Shown in pieces: positions 26,454-39,495 of a stretch of DNA of 64,000 bases (the stretch's first letter is position 1; each line of letters begins with the position of its first letter). This DNA is from Balanoglossus misakiensis. Taxonomy: Eukaryota; Animalia; Hemichordata. The stretch is from assembly GCA_040954595.2 (NCBI GenBank), contig CM082591.2:11921309-11985308 (forward strand), in the 5' to 3' direction. Position numbers and translations under genes: made by a program. Below the pieces are notes generated by a model. The model did no database searches. It had not been told where the DNA came from and was given only the letters and a program-made list of their open reading frames with translations.

Positions 26454-26931
26454 CTGTTGATATCAAAATATCAAATACTCTTGTATTAAAGTAAAGACAG
26501 AAAGACCGGGGATTCGGATTAACGTGTGTTTGTATAGTTGTTTATTTGGGAGTGGTCGTCGTGCATAATGACTGTGTAATTGATCTCATGTACATAGAAA
26601 ATAATTGAACACTTTACACCTCTATGCGATTGACAGCTGTTTGAATGGCGTGGTTATTGTTTCCCAGGGACGCTTCTGAAAAGCACTGAAACCAGATTTC
26701 TCCCAAAATCATCGTTGTTTCAAAAGCTCGTGTATTTTTCGTCGATAACTTTATGCTGTGTGTGTTTATAAAGCCAACTTCTGTCGTTGTGTGGTGTAAT
26801 TCTTTATGCTTGGACCTGTTTGGGCCGATTTTCATAGAGCCAAGATCGTTGGTGTTGTCTGTTGTCAATCAAATGGCATTAAGGTTCGCCACTGATTTGG
26901 GGGGTCTTTTATACCCCTCACCGGGGTTTAA

Positions 26932-27254
26932 AGGGCGACAATCATCTAATGCACATGTGCCGAACCAGAGACTCTGATTACAAAAAATGTACACAGTCAA
27001 TGCCACAAGGCAGTGTGCTGTCCTAACAACAGACAAGATGGCGGCGACATATTCTATGTCAGAGATCGGGAAATGACAGCAAATTGGGTGAAAAGAAGGG
27101 ACAAAACTTAAGTCTACTTGTACGGTGTGCATGAATTATGGAAGGAAGCGAAGGCAGTCCACATTTTGAATGCAAAATTTGAAGAACATATGGATTGGAT
27201 GCAATGTTTGTATACACGAAATTAGGCACATGTGCATAAGACAATCCTCGGCCT
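26932..27254. mobile_element. TTAA-flanked MITE (Kolobok-like), ~320 bp, in each array-2 unit; diverged relatives at ~24449-24737 and (inverted) ~21331-21470
   Basis: ttaa|agggcgacaatcatctaatgcacatgtgc ... gcacatgtgcataagacaatcctcggcct|ttga, imperfect TIRs; the internal sequence is shared with the other two loci. Confidence 0.6.
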
Positions 27255-28555
27255 TTGAAACTTCACCAACGTACAACCAAACCATGTTTTCCAAGTGCTT
27301 TGAACTCAAACTTGAATTGTTACCTGCGTACGTAGTCGCTGGTGTTGACTTTAAACATTGTTGGTACTATGGTGTGCAGCCACCAAACAGAAACTCTTTG
27401 AATGACAGAAACCTGTTCATGGAAAGTCTGTAAGACTTCAGTTTCTGATGTAAAAAAACAAAACAAAAACATATTGTTATGGAGTGAGCTGATCCCAAGG
27501 AAAGAAACCTGTTATTGTAGTTACATACCAGTAGTTCACAAACATAAAATTCCAGAAGTTTACAAGAATTTTCTCACCAGTTTTCAAGTTTTTAAAATCA
27601 GCAATGCTGTTCTCCAGAAGTAATTGATAAAGCTTTCTATGACAAGTGACATTTTAAGACAGCACAGGTGGTAAATCAATTTTGTAGGATAAATTTCAAT
27701 TTTGTAGGACAAATTTCAATTTTGTAGGACAATCAAGTACTTTCCAGCAAATTTTACAAACTCAAGAAATTCCAAGAAATGTTGAAACCCTGAGATCAGG
27801 ATTTGGGAAGTTACAGAATTTTCGTTTGCTATACAATGCGGTTTTAATTCTTTTGCAAAGGAAATGTAGGGCCCGCAGCAATAATTTTGATAAAATTTAC
27901 CATGTGCCAAACCAGAGACTATGGTTACAATAATTGTATATAGTCAGTGCCATAAGGCAGTATGCTGTCCTAACAACGGACAAGATGGTGGCAACCATAG
28001 TCTCTGTCGGAGATCAGGAAAAGAGAACAAATAATGGGTGAAAAGACAGGACAAAACTAAAGTCTGATTATACGCTGTGCATAAAATATGGAAGGAAGCA
28101 AAGGCAGTCCACTATTTTGAATGTGTCAAATGCAAAATTTGCTGAACATTTGGATTGGACGTAATGTTTGTACACACGATATTGCACCCATTCTAAAATT
28201 GTTGGATCAACTTTTATTTTGTAATTTCTCAAAATACCGAATGATAGGATTTAAAGGCTGCATATCGTTTATTATGTACGTCTGTAAACTTGAGTGATTT
28301 TCTATCTCAGGAAGTTGGTAATCGGAAAATATTTCTGTCAACATTTGAATATTGGTCAGTTGACTCAAAATAAAAATATTGAGGTGATATGCACAGTGGT
28401 TTTCACGTTTTTGATGTGGACGGACGGACAGACATACATCCATACATAGATAGATACAGATGCAACCAATCCTATAAGGTCCCAATGGGACCTAAAAAGC
28501 CACAATGCTCAATTTGAGTCTTTGGCTTTCAACAGCTGTAAGCTGACATTTTTAC

Positions 28556-29904
28556 CTGACGTTGGATGACATCCAGGAGGAAGTCTGGTCCTCAGCTTCT
28601 GCACAGCAAATGACCGATCTTCAAGGTTTGGTTGAGATTCTTCAACTGTTCCATGACCTGTGAGGGCAGTCTTCTTGCAACACCACTGTGAGGAAGAAAT
28701 CAAGGACAGGTATCAGACATTCCGGTTGCCACAATGGGGGTTTGAAAACCCAGTATATTCCAGCTGTGTTCATGTGTTGGTACTTATTTTTAAAGTCTGT
28801 TTGAACCATTGCTTTCAAAACAGTCCCTGTGCATAAATGCTCTTTTGATGGTCCTAAGACTGTCAATTTATCATACATGCAACGCCTGCATTTGCCACTG
28901 TGCTATTGTTCTAACGGTGAAGATATGAGCTTGTATTTTCACTGGTGAAAATACAGAAACAGATTTTCACTGTGTGCCCAGAACTATTTTTGAGAATGTG
29001 CTGAATCAGTGGACTATCTCAACAGAGCGTCATGTAATATCAAAATCAGATGCAATTTTGTTGGGTTATAGATATGTGAGGCCACATTATTTCACAAGAC
29101 TTGAAACTCGTAGATTAAAATCACATCATCGGCCCACTACTGCAGTACAGCGTTAAAATTGTATAGCCAACGGATTGTACGCTTTTCAGTATGTTCAGAT
29201 TGCGATCGCTCAAGAATTTCCAGCTGTAGTCCAAAAATCCACAGAATACAGAATTAGGTCTTATGATGTGCTAGGTTCCAATTTCTAGACGTGAAATCGT
29301 TTATCTGGGCGCATGTTGACTGAATAAAAAGTCAAACTTACTGTGGATCCATTCCTGTTAACTGAGCCAGCAACAAACTAGTGCTCTCATCAATATGCAT
29401 ATGAGTGGAGGCTGCTGCCAAATGACTTTCAAACTCCAAGATATCTTGTTTCTCCATTTTGGCAAGCTAAATCAATAAAGGGATAAATGCAAATGATATG
29501 ACAAGTGAAGTCTTGTCTGTATACAGACAGGGACACGTCTACATGTATTTATACTGAATTCTAAGTCAAGTTCTTTGAGTACAATCCCTGACACCCTCAA
29601 AGTTCCATATACATAATAAGGCACTCACTTTGTCATACACATTTCCATCATACACTTCAACATCGGATACTCCTGCCATGCTTTGTGGCCTGAAAGAGAG
29701 AAATCAAATCATTTCTGTGATTTTGAAAACAAGATGTGACACTATCTACAGAATGATGTCTTAGCAATGAACATTGAATTTGATTGAATGTGAGTCCATA
29801 GTTGAAACTTACCAATGTTTGCCGGGTTAAATGCTGAAACAACAAGTAAAAGCAACCAGCCCTTCCAGTACAGGTTGGAAATCGCCAGCTGTGGTGGTTG
29901 GTAT
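28556..29904 (-). pseudogene. INTS1: INTS1 four-exon block, copy 2
   Basis: +3451 copy; TGA at 28592-28594; WEE>WQE substitution. Confidence 0.93.
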
Positions 29905-31224
29905 CTGTTGATATCAAAATATCAAATACTCTTGTATTAAAGTAAAGACAGAAAGACCGGGGATTCGGATTAACGTGTGTTTGTATAGTTGTTTATTTGG
30001 GAGTGGTCGTCGTGCATAATGACTGTGTAATTGATCTCATGTACATAGAAAATAATTGAACACTTTACACCTCTATGCGATTGACAGCTGTTTGAATGGC
30101 GTGGTTATTGTTTCCCAGGGACGCTTCTGAAAAGCACTGAAACCAGATTTCTCCCAAAATCATCGTTGTTTCAAAAGCTCGTGTATTTTTCGTCGATAAC
30201 TTTATGCTGTGTGTGTTTATAAAGCCAACTTCTGTCGTTGTGTGGTGTAATTCTTTATGCTTGGACCTGTTTGGGCCGATTTTCATAGAGCCAAGATCGT
30301 TGGTGTTGTCTGTTGTCAGTCAAATGGCATTAAGGTTCGCCACTGATTTGGGGGGTCTTTTATACCCCTCACCGGGGTTTAAAGGGCGACAATCATCTAA
30401 TGCACATGTGCCGAACCAGAGACTCTGATTACAAAAAATGTACACAGTCAATGCCACAAGGCAGTGTGCTGTCCTAACAACAGACAAGATGGCGGCGACA
30501 TATTCTATGTCAGAGATCGGGAAAAGACAGCAAATTGGGTGAAAAGAAGGGACAAAACTTAAGTCTACTTGTACGGTGTGCATGAATTATGGAAGGAAGC
30601 GAAGGCAGTCCACATTTTGAATGCAAAATTTGAAGAACATATGGATTGGATGCAATGTTTGTATACACGAAATTAGGCACATGTGCATAAGACAATCCTC
30701 GGCCTTTGAAACTTCACCAACGTACAACCAAACCATGTTTTCCAAGTGCTTTGAACTCAAACTTGAATTGTTACCTGCGTACGTAGTCGCTGGTGTTGAC
30801 TTTAAACATTGTTGGTACTATGGTGTGCAGCCACCAAACAGAAACTCTTTGAATGACAGAAACCTGTTCATGGAAAGTCTGTAAGACTTCAGTTTCTGAT
30901 GTAAAAAAACAAAACAAAAACATATTGTTATGGAGTGAGCTGATCCCAAGGAAAGAAACCTGTTATTGTAGTTACATACCAGTAGTTCACAAACATAAAA
31001 TTCCAGAAGTTTACAAGAATTTTCTCACCAGTTTTCAAGTTTTTAAAATCAGCAATGCTGTTCTCCAGAAGTAATTGATAAAGCTTTCTATGACAAGTGA
31101 CATTTTAAGACAGCACAGGTGGTAAATCAATTTTGTAGGATAAATTTCAATTTTGTAGGACAAATTTCAATTTTGTAGGACAATCAAGTACTTTCCAGCA
31201 AATTTTACAAACTCAAGAAATTCC

Positions 31225-31599
31225 CATCGTCGTAAAACCACGACCTGTTTACGGCAACTGCTACGCGCTACCGCCAACAGGCCGTGGTGGATTTGGAAGG
31301 TTTTCGCGGATCCCAGCGTCAGTTCCAGCAGCCAGACAAAGGAACCAATCAGAGAGCCCGTCTCATAAAACTGCATAACTTATTTAAATGACAGTGCAAA
31401 ATGGCGGATTTAAAGCTGACAGCAGCCGAAGAGCTCGCGATAAAACGACTACTGATTGGCTAATTCCAATGTCGTTTCTCATGAATAATTCATTAGTCTA
31501 CGTCCTAAATTCCGGGGTTCCCTACTGTAATCTGCCAGAGCCCGTTTTTTGCGTAGCTCCGCGGAGCGGAAACACGGTCGGCTCTGGCTTGCGAGAATG
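31225..31599. mobile_element. Non-autonomous DNA transposon, 375 bp, 8-bp TSD
   Basis: TSD gaaattcc at 31217-31224 and 31600-31607; empty site in the other three units; CAT...ATG termini with only loose inverted similarity. Confidence 0.92.
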
Positions 31600-32389
31600 G
31601 AAATTCCAAGAAATGTTGAAACCCTGAGATCAGGATTTGGGAAGTTACAGAATTTTCGTTTGCTATACAATGCAGTTTTAATTCTTTTGCAAAGGAAATG
31701 TAGGGCCCGCAGCAATAATTTTGATAAAATTTACCATGTGCCAAACCAGAGACTATGGTTACAATAATTGTATATAGTCAGTGCCATAAGGCAGTATGCT
31801 GTCCTAACAACGGACAAGATGGTGGCAACCATAGTCTCTGTCGGAGATCAGGAAAAGAGAACAAATAATGGGTGAAAAGACAGGACAAAACTAAAGTCTG
31901 ATTATACGCTGTGCATAAAATATGGAAGGAAGCAAAGGCAGTCCACTATTTTGAATGTGTCAAATGCAAAATTTGCTGAACATTTGGATTGGACGTAATG
32001 TTTGTACACACGATATTGCACCCATTCTAAAATTGTTGGATCAACTTTTATTTTGTAATTTCTCAAAATACCGAATGATAGGATTTAAAGGCTGCATATC
32101 GTTTATTATGTACGTCTGTAAACTTGAGTGATTTTCTATCTCAGGAAGTTGGTAATCGGAAAATATGTCTGTCAACATTTGAATATTGGTCAGTTGACTC
32201 AAAATAAAAATATTGAGGTGATATGCACAGTGGTTTTCACGTTTTTGATGTGGACGGACGGACAGACATACATCCATACATAGATAGATACAGATGCAAC
32301 CAATCCTATAAGGTCCCAATGGGACCTAAAAAGCCACAATGCTCAATTTGAGTCTTTGGCTTTCAACAGCTGTAAGCTGACATTTTTAC

Positions 32390-33738
32390 CTGACGTTGGA
32401 TGACATCCAGGAGGAAGTCTGGTCCTCAGCTTCTGCACAGCAAATGACCGATCTTCAAGGTTTGGTTGAGATTCTTCAACTGTTCCATGACCTGTGAGGG
32501 CAGTCTTCTTGCAACACCACTGTGAGGAAGAAATCAAGGACAGGTATCAGACATTCCGGTTGCCACAATGGGGGTTTGAAAACCCAGTATATTCCAGCTG
32601 TGTTCATGTGTTGGTACTTATTTTTAAAGTCTGTTTGAACCATTGCTTTCAAAACAGTCCCTGTGCATAAATGCTCTTTTGATGGTCCTAAGACTGTCAA
32701 TTTATCATACATGCAACGCCTGCATTTGCCACTGTGCTATTGTTCTAACGGTGAAGATATGAGCTTGTATTTTCACTGGTGAAAATACAGAAACAGATTT
32801 TCACTGTGTGCCCAGAACTATTTTTGAGAATGTGCTGAATCAGTGGACTATCTCAACAGAGCGTCATGTAATATCAAAATCAGATGCAATTTTGTTGGGT
32901 TATAGATATGTGAGGCCACATTATTTCACAAGACTTGAAACTCGTAGATTAAAATCACATCATCGGCCCACTACTGCAGTACAGCGTTAAAATTGTATAG
33001 CCAACGGATTGTACGCTTTTCAGTATGTTCAGATTGCGATCGCTCAAGAATTTCCAGCTGTAGTCCAAAAATCCACAGAATACAGAATTAGGTCTTATGA
33101 TGTGCTAGGTTCCAATTTCTAGACGTGAAATCGTTTATCTGGGCGCATGTTGACTGAATAAAAAGTCAAACTTACTGTGGATCCATTCCTGTTAACTGAG
33201 CCAGCAACAAACTAGTGCTCTCATCAATATGCATATGAGTGGAGGCTGCTGCCAAATGACTTTCAAACTCCAAGATATCTTGTTTCTCCATTTTGGCAAG
33301 CTAAATCAATAAAGGGATAAATGCAAATGATATGACAAGTGAAGTCTTGTCTGTATACAGACAGGGACACGTCTACATGTATTTATACTGAATTCTAAGT
33401 CAAGTTCTTTGAGTACAATCCCTGACACCCTCAAAGTTCCACATACATAATAAGGCACTCACTTTGTCATACACATTTCCATCATACACTTCAACATCGG
33501 ATACTCCTCCCATGCTTTGTGGCCTGAAAGAGAGAAATCAAATCATTTCTGTGATTTTGAAAACAAGATGTGACACTATCTACAGAATGATGTCTTAGCA
33601 ATGAACATTGAATTTGATTGAATGTGAGTCCATAGTTGAAACTTACCAATGTTTGCCGGGTTAAATGCTGAAACAACAAGTAAAAGCAACCAGCCCTTCC
33701 AGTACAGGTTGGAAATCGCCAGCTGTGGTGGTTGGTAT
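32390..33738 (-). pseudogene. INTS1: INTS1 four-exon block, copy 3
   Basis: +7285 copy; TGA at 32426-32428. Confidence 0.93.
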
Positions 33739-35840
33739 CTGTTGATATCAAAATATCAAATACTCTTGTATTAAAGTAAAGACAGAAAGACCGGGGATTC
33801 GGATTAACGTGTGTTTGTATAGTTGTTTATTTGGGAGTGGTCGTCGTGCATAATGACTGTGTAATTGATCTCATGTACATAGAAAATAATTGAACACTTT
33901 ACACCTCTATGCGATTGACAGCTGTTTGAATGGCGTGGTTATTGTTTCCCAGGGACGCTTCTGAAAAGCACTGAAACCAGATTTCTCCCAAAATCATCGT
34001 TGTTTCAAAAGCTCGTGTATTTTTCGTCGATAACTTTATGCTGTGTGTGTTTATAAAGCCAACTTCTGTCGTTGTGTGGTGTAATTCTTTATGCTTGGAC
34101 CTGTTTGGGCCGATTTTCATAGAGCCAAGATCGTTGGTGTTGTCTGTTGTCAGTCAAATGGCATTAAGGTTCGCCACTGATTTGGGGGGTCTTTTATACC
34201 CCTCACCGGGGTTTAAAGGGCGACAATCATCTAATGCACATGTGCCGAACCAGAGACTCTGATTACAAAAAATGTACACAGTCAATGCCACAAGGCAGTG
34301 TGCTGTCCTAACAACAGACAAGATGGCGGCGACATATTCTATGTCAGAGATCGGGAAAAGACAGCAAATTGGGTGAAAAGAAGGGACAAAACTTAAGTCT
34401 ACTTGTACGGTGTGCATGAATTATGGAAGGAAGCGAAGGCAGTCCACATTTTGAATGCAAAATTTGAAGAACATATGGATTGGATGCAATGTTTGTATAT
34501 ACGAAATTAGGCACATGTGCATAAGACAATCCTCGGCCTTTGAAACTTCACCAACGTACAACCAAACCATGTTTTCCAAGTGCTTTGAACTCAAACTTGA
34601 ATTGTTACCTGCGTACGTAGTCGCTGGTGTTGACTTTAAACATTGTTGGTACTATGGTGTGCAGCCACCAAACAGAAACTCTTTGAATGACAGAAACCTG
34701 TTCATGGAAAGTCTGTAAGACTTCAGTTTCTGATGTAAAAAAACAAAACAAAAACATATTGTTATGGAGTGAGCTGATCCCAAGGAAAGAAACCTGTTAT
34801 TGTAGTTACATACCAGTAGTTCACAAACATAAAATTCCAGAAGTTTACAAGAATTTTCTCACCAGTTTTCAAGTTTTTAAAATCAGCAATGCTGTTCTCC
34901 AGAAGTAATTGATAAAGCTTTCTATGACAAGTGACATTTTAAGACAGCACAGGTGGTAAATCAATTTTGTAGGATAAATTTCAATTTTGTAGGACAAATT
35001 TCAATTTTGTAGGACAATCAAGTACTTTCCAGCAAATTTTACAAACTCAAGAAATTCCAAGAAATGTTGAAACCCTGAGATCAGGATTTGGGAAGTTACA
35101 GAATTTTCGTTTGCTATACAATGCAGTTTTAATTCTTTTGCAAAGGAAATGTAGGGCCCGCAGCAATAATTTTGATAAAATTTACCATGTGCCAAACCAG
35201 AGACTATGGTTACAATAATTGTATATAGTCAGTGCCATAAGGCAGTATGCTGTCCTAACAACGGACAAGATGGTGGCAACCATAGTCTCTGTCGGAGATC
35301 AGGAAAAGAGAACAAATAATGGGTGAAAAGACAGGACAAAACTAAAGTCTGATTATACGCTGTGCATAAAATATGGAAGGAAGCAAAGGCAGTCCACTAT
35401 TTTGAATGTGTCAAATGCAAAATTTGCTGAACATTTGGATTGGACGTAATGTTTGTACACACGATATTGCACCCATTCTAAAATTGTTGGATCAACTTTT
35501 ATTTTGTAATTTCTCAAAATACCGAATGATAGGATTTAAAGGCTGCATATCGTTTATTATGTACGTCTGTAAACTTGAGTGATTTTCTATCTCAGGAAGT
35601 TGGTAATCGGAAAATATGTCTGTCAACATTTGAATATTGGTCAGTTGACTCAAAATAAAAATATTGAGGTGATATGCACAGTGGTTTTCACGTTTTTGAT
35701 GTGGACGGACGGACAGACATACATCCATACATAGATAGATACAGATGCAACCAATCCTATAAGGTCCCAATGGGACCTAAAAAGCCACAATGCTCAATTT
35801 GAGTCTTTGGCTTTCAACAGCTGTAAGCTGACATTTTTAC

Positions 35841-37640
35841 CTGACGTTGGATGACATCCAGGAGGAAGTCTGGTCCTCAGCTTCTGCACAGCAAATGACC
35901 GATCTTCAAGGTTTGGTTGAGATTCTTCAACTGTTCCATGACCTGTGAGGGCAGTCTTCTTGCAACACCACTGTGAGGAAGAAATCAAGGACAGGTATCA
36001 GACATTCCGGTTGCCACAATGGGGGTTTGAAAACCCAGTATATTCCAGCTGTGTTCATGTGTTGGTACTTATTTTTAAAGTCTGTTTGAACCATTGCTTT
36101 CAAAACAGTCCCTGTGCATAAATGCTCTTTTGATGGTCCTAAGACTGTCAATTTATCATACATGCAACGCCTGCATTTGCCACTGTGCTATTGTTCTAAC
36201 GGTGAAGATATGAGCTTGTATTTTCACTGGTGAAAATACAGAAACAGATTTTCACTGTGTGCCCAGAACTATTTTTGAGAATGTGCTGAATCAGTGGACT
36301 ATCTCAACAGAGCGTCATGTAATATCAAAATCAGATGCAATTTTGTTGGGTTATAGATATGTGAGGCCACATTATTTCACAAGACTTGAAACTCGTAGAT
36401 TAAAATCACATCATCGGCCCACTACTGCAGTACAGCGTTACAGCCGAAATTATGAAAGGTCGCCGATTCAATATGTGATCTAGACGTCCTGTGTGCACTG
36501 AACACACGATGTGTTTATCTAACACAAACAACAGAACCTCTCATAAAAGAGATGCGGTATCATTAGACTAATTACAGATGGTAGTCTGGAAACACGCTCC
36601 CCCTCAGAGAGAGTTGTTTACTTGGGTACACTCTCAACATAAAGCGTATACACTTTGAGATTAAACTTTGACATCCGTGTTACAAGAGAATAAAGTTTCA
36701 AATACCAAGTAAACAACTCTCTCTGAGGGGGAGCGTGTTTCCAGACTACCATCTGTAATTAGTCTAATGATACCGCATCTCTTTTATGAGAGGTTCTGTT
36801 GTTTGTGTTAGATAAACACATCGTGTGTTCAGTGCACACAGGACGTCTAGATCACATATTGAATCGGCGACCTTTCATAATTTCGGCTGTAAAATTGTAT
36901 AGCCAACGGATTGTACGCTTTTCAGTATGTTCAGATTGCGATCGCTCAAGAATTTCCAGCTGTAGTCCAAAAATCCACAGAATACAGAATTAGGTCTTAT
37001 GATGTGCTAGGTTCCAATTTCTAGACGTGAAATCGTTTATCTGGGCGCATGTTGACTGAATAAAAAGTCAAACTTACTGTGGATCCATTCCTGTTAACTG
37101 AGCCAGCAACAAACTAGTGCTCTCATCAATATGCATATGAGTGGAGGCTGCTGCCAAATGACTTTCAAACTCCAAGATATCTTGTTTCTCCATTTTGGCA
37201 AGCTAAATCAATAAAGGGATAAATGCAAATGATATGACAAGTAAAGTCTTGTCTGTATACAGACAGGGACACGTCTACATGTATTTATACTGAATTCTAA
37301 GTCAAGTTCTTTGAGTACAATCCCTGACACCCTCAAAGTTCCATATACATAATAAGGCACTCACTTTGTCATACACATTTCCATCATACACTTCAACATC
37401 GGATACTCCTCCCATGCTTTGTGGCCTGAAAGAGAGAAATCAAATCATTTCTGTGATTTTGAAAACAAGATGTGACACTATCTACAGAATGATGTCTTAG
37501 CAATGAACATTGAATTTGATTGAATGTGAGTCCATAGTTGAAACTTACCAATGTTTGCCGGGTTAAATGCTGAAACAACAAGTAAAAGCAACCAGCCCTT
37601 CCAGTACAGGTTGGAAATCGCCAGCTGTGGTGGTTGGTAT
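35841..37640 (-). pseudogene. INTS1: INTS1 four-exon block, copy 4 (intronic MITE insertion)
   Basis: +10736/+11187 copy; TGA at 35877-35879. Confidence 0.93.
36441..36889. mobile_element. Tc1/mariner-type MITE, 449 bp, ~184-bp perfect TIRs, TA TSD
   Basis: ta|cagccgaaattatgaaagg...cctttcataatttcggctg|ta; the empty site cagcgttaaaattg is present in the other units. Confidence 0.93.
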
Positions 37641-38617
37641 CTGTTGATATCAAAATATCAAATACTCTTGTATTAAAGTAAAGACAGAAAGACCGGGGAT
37701 TCGGATTAACGTGTGTTTGTATAGTTGTTTATTTGGGAGTGGTCGTCGTGCATAATGACTGTGTAATTGATCTCATGTACATAGAAAATAATTGAACACT
37801 TTACACCTCTATGCGATTGACAGCTGTTTGAATGGCGTGGTTATTGTTTCCCAGGGACGCTTCTGAAAAGCACTGAAACCAGATTTCTCCCAAAATCATC
37901 GTTGTTTCAAAAGCTCGTGTATTTTTCGTCGATAACTTTATGCTGTGTGTGTTTATAAAGCCAACTTCTGTCGTTGTGTGGTGTAATTCTTTATGCTTGG
38001 ACCTGTTTGGGCCGATTTTCATAGAGCCAAGATCGTTGGTGTTGTCTGTTGTCAGTCAAATGGCATTAAGGTTCGCCACTGATTTGGGGGGTCTTTTATA
38101 CCCCTCACCGGGGTTTAAAGGGCGACAATCATCTAATGCACATGTGCCGAACCAGAGACTCTGATTACAAAAAATGTACACAGTCAATGCCACAAGGCAG
38201 TGTGCTGTCCTAACAACAGACAAGATGGCGGCGACATATTCTATGTCAGAGATCGGGAAAAGACAGCAAATTGGGTGAAAAGAAGGGACAAAACTTAAGT
38301 CTACTTGTACGGTGTGCATGAATTATGGAAGGAAGCGAAGGCAGTCCACATTTTGAATGCAAAATTTGAAGAACATATGGATTGGATGCAATGTTTGTAT
38401 ACACGAAATTAGGCACATGTGCATAAGACAATCCACGGCCTTTGAAACTTCACCAACGTACAACCAAACCATGTTTTCCAAGTGCTTTGAACTCAAACTT
38501 GAATTGTTACCTGTGTACGTAGTCGCTGGTGTTGACTTTAAACTCTAGCGCTGGCGCGACATTTGAGTGTATTGTTTACGTCGCAACCAACACTTGCGAC
38601 CGCCCATTCTTTTTACA

Positions 38618-38825
38618 ATGGTTGTCAAATGCAGCGTTTTTGGACGTTCCCATCGAAAGGATAGGGAAACCCACTTGCAGTTTTATAGATTGCCTGCCAT
38701 GATATCAAATCAAGGACCAGAATGTGAAAAGAGAGACGGCGCGAATGGTTAGCCAGGATCGGCCAAAACTTTGATCATAAGAACCTAGACAACGTCCGGG
38801 TTTGTTCGAGTCATTTTTTTTAGTG
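38618..38825 (+). pseudogene. Exon 1 of the ISL2EU-type transposase: THAP zinc finger, frameshifted
   Basis: MVVKCSVFGRSHRKDRETHLQFYRLPAMISNQGPECEK / RRREWLARIGQNFDHKNLDNVRVCSSHFFSG|gtaagt. THAP C2CH pattern, with the second Cys replaced by Arg and a frameshift at ~38732. Confidence 0.85.
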
Positions 38826-39495
38826 GTAAGTTTTACTGGAAACTTTTGAAACCTTGTTATATCACACACCGAATAAATGTTTCACAACTTGGCATCAACA
38901 ATATTTACGGATTTGCATTTGGCCGCGACAAAAACACGCGAATCTGCAGATAACACAACTGAACTTACACTGGCAGCGAGCTGTCGTCGTCGGCCGGCGG
39001 CGGTATCGATAAACCGTACCGGTGATGCTTAGAGTCAGATATACTTGTTGGTCACGGACATGCATTTCTGTCGACTGAAAAAAACTTTACTTTATGAATT
39101 TTTACGGCTGTTTGAGGAGTCGCACTCATTTGGTAAAGGTCTCACAGCACTCTTTCTATAAAAAATTCTGTAAGTGTTTTGTTTACATTCGCGGGGTCAA
39201 ACCAGGTCAGTTTCAATGCTGGGTTCGACAACGCGTAGGAACAATGCAAATTTACGCTGAAAATGATTACACTAAATTTAGGCCCCTGCCTGGAAGTGTG
39301 ATACCTCGTTTTGTATTTTTTTTTTTTAAAATGTGTTGCCATACCCATTATCCAGAAATATCAGGAAATGGAATCAAATGCGCCCCTAGCATTAGCGGGT
39401 CAAAGGTCATGCCATGTGAAAGGAGAACAAGTGTTCTAGATTTCTCTCTCTCTCTCTCTCCCCATATCCATCTCTCTCAACCCCCTGTCCCTTAG

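Larger units (their letters stand above)
23948..38543. repeat. Tandem duplication array 2: four 3,451-bp units (ends at 27356, 30807, 34641, 38543); units 3 and 4 are enlarged by 383 and 451 bp
   Basis: ORF-track entries repeat at +3451, +7285 and +10736/+11187; unit boundary is tttaaac|attgttgg versus tttaaac|tctagcg at 38543. Confidence 0.97.

Noticed and set aside
27674-27735. Short repeat aatttcaattttgtagga (2-3 copies) as a CRISPR-like array
   Set aside because: Head-to-tail minisatellite with no spacers, in eukaryotic DNA.
39094-39495. 133-158 aa ORF MNFYGCLRS... upstream of the transposase
   Set aside because: It lies within the GT-AG intron (38826-39495) that splits the THAP domain, and its length varies with a (ct)n tract between copies.
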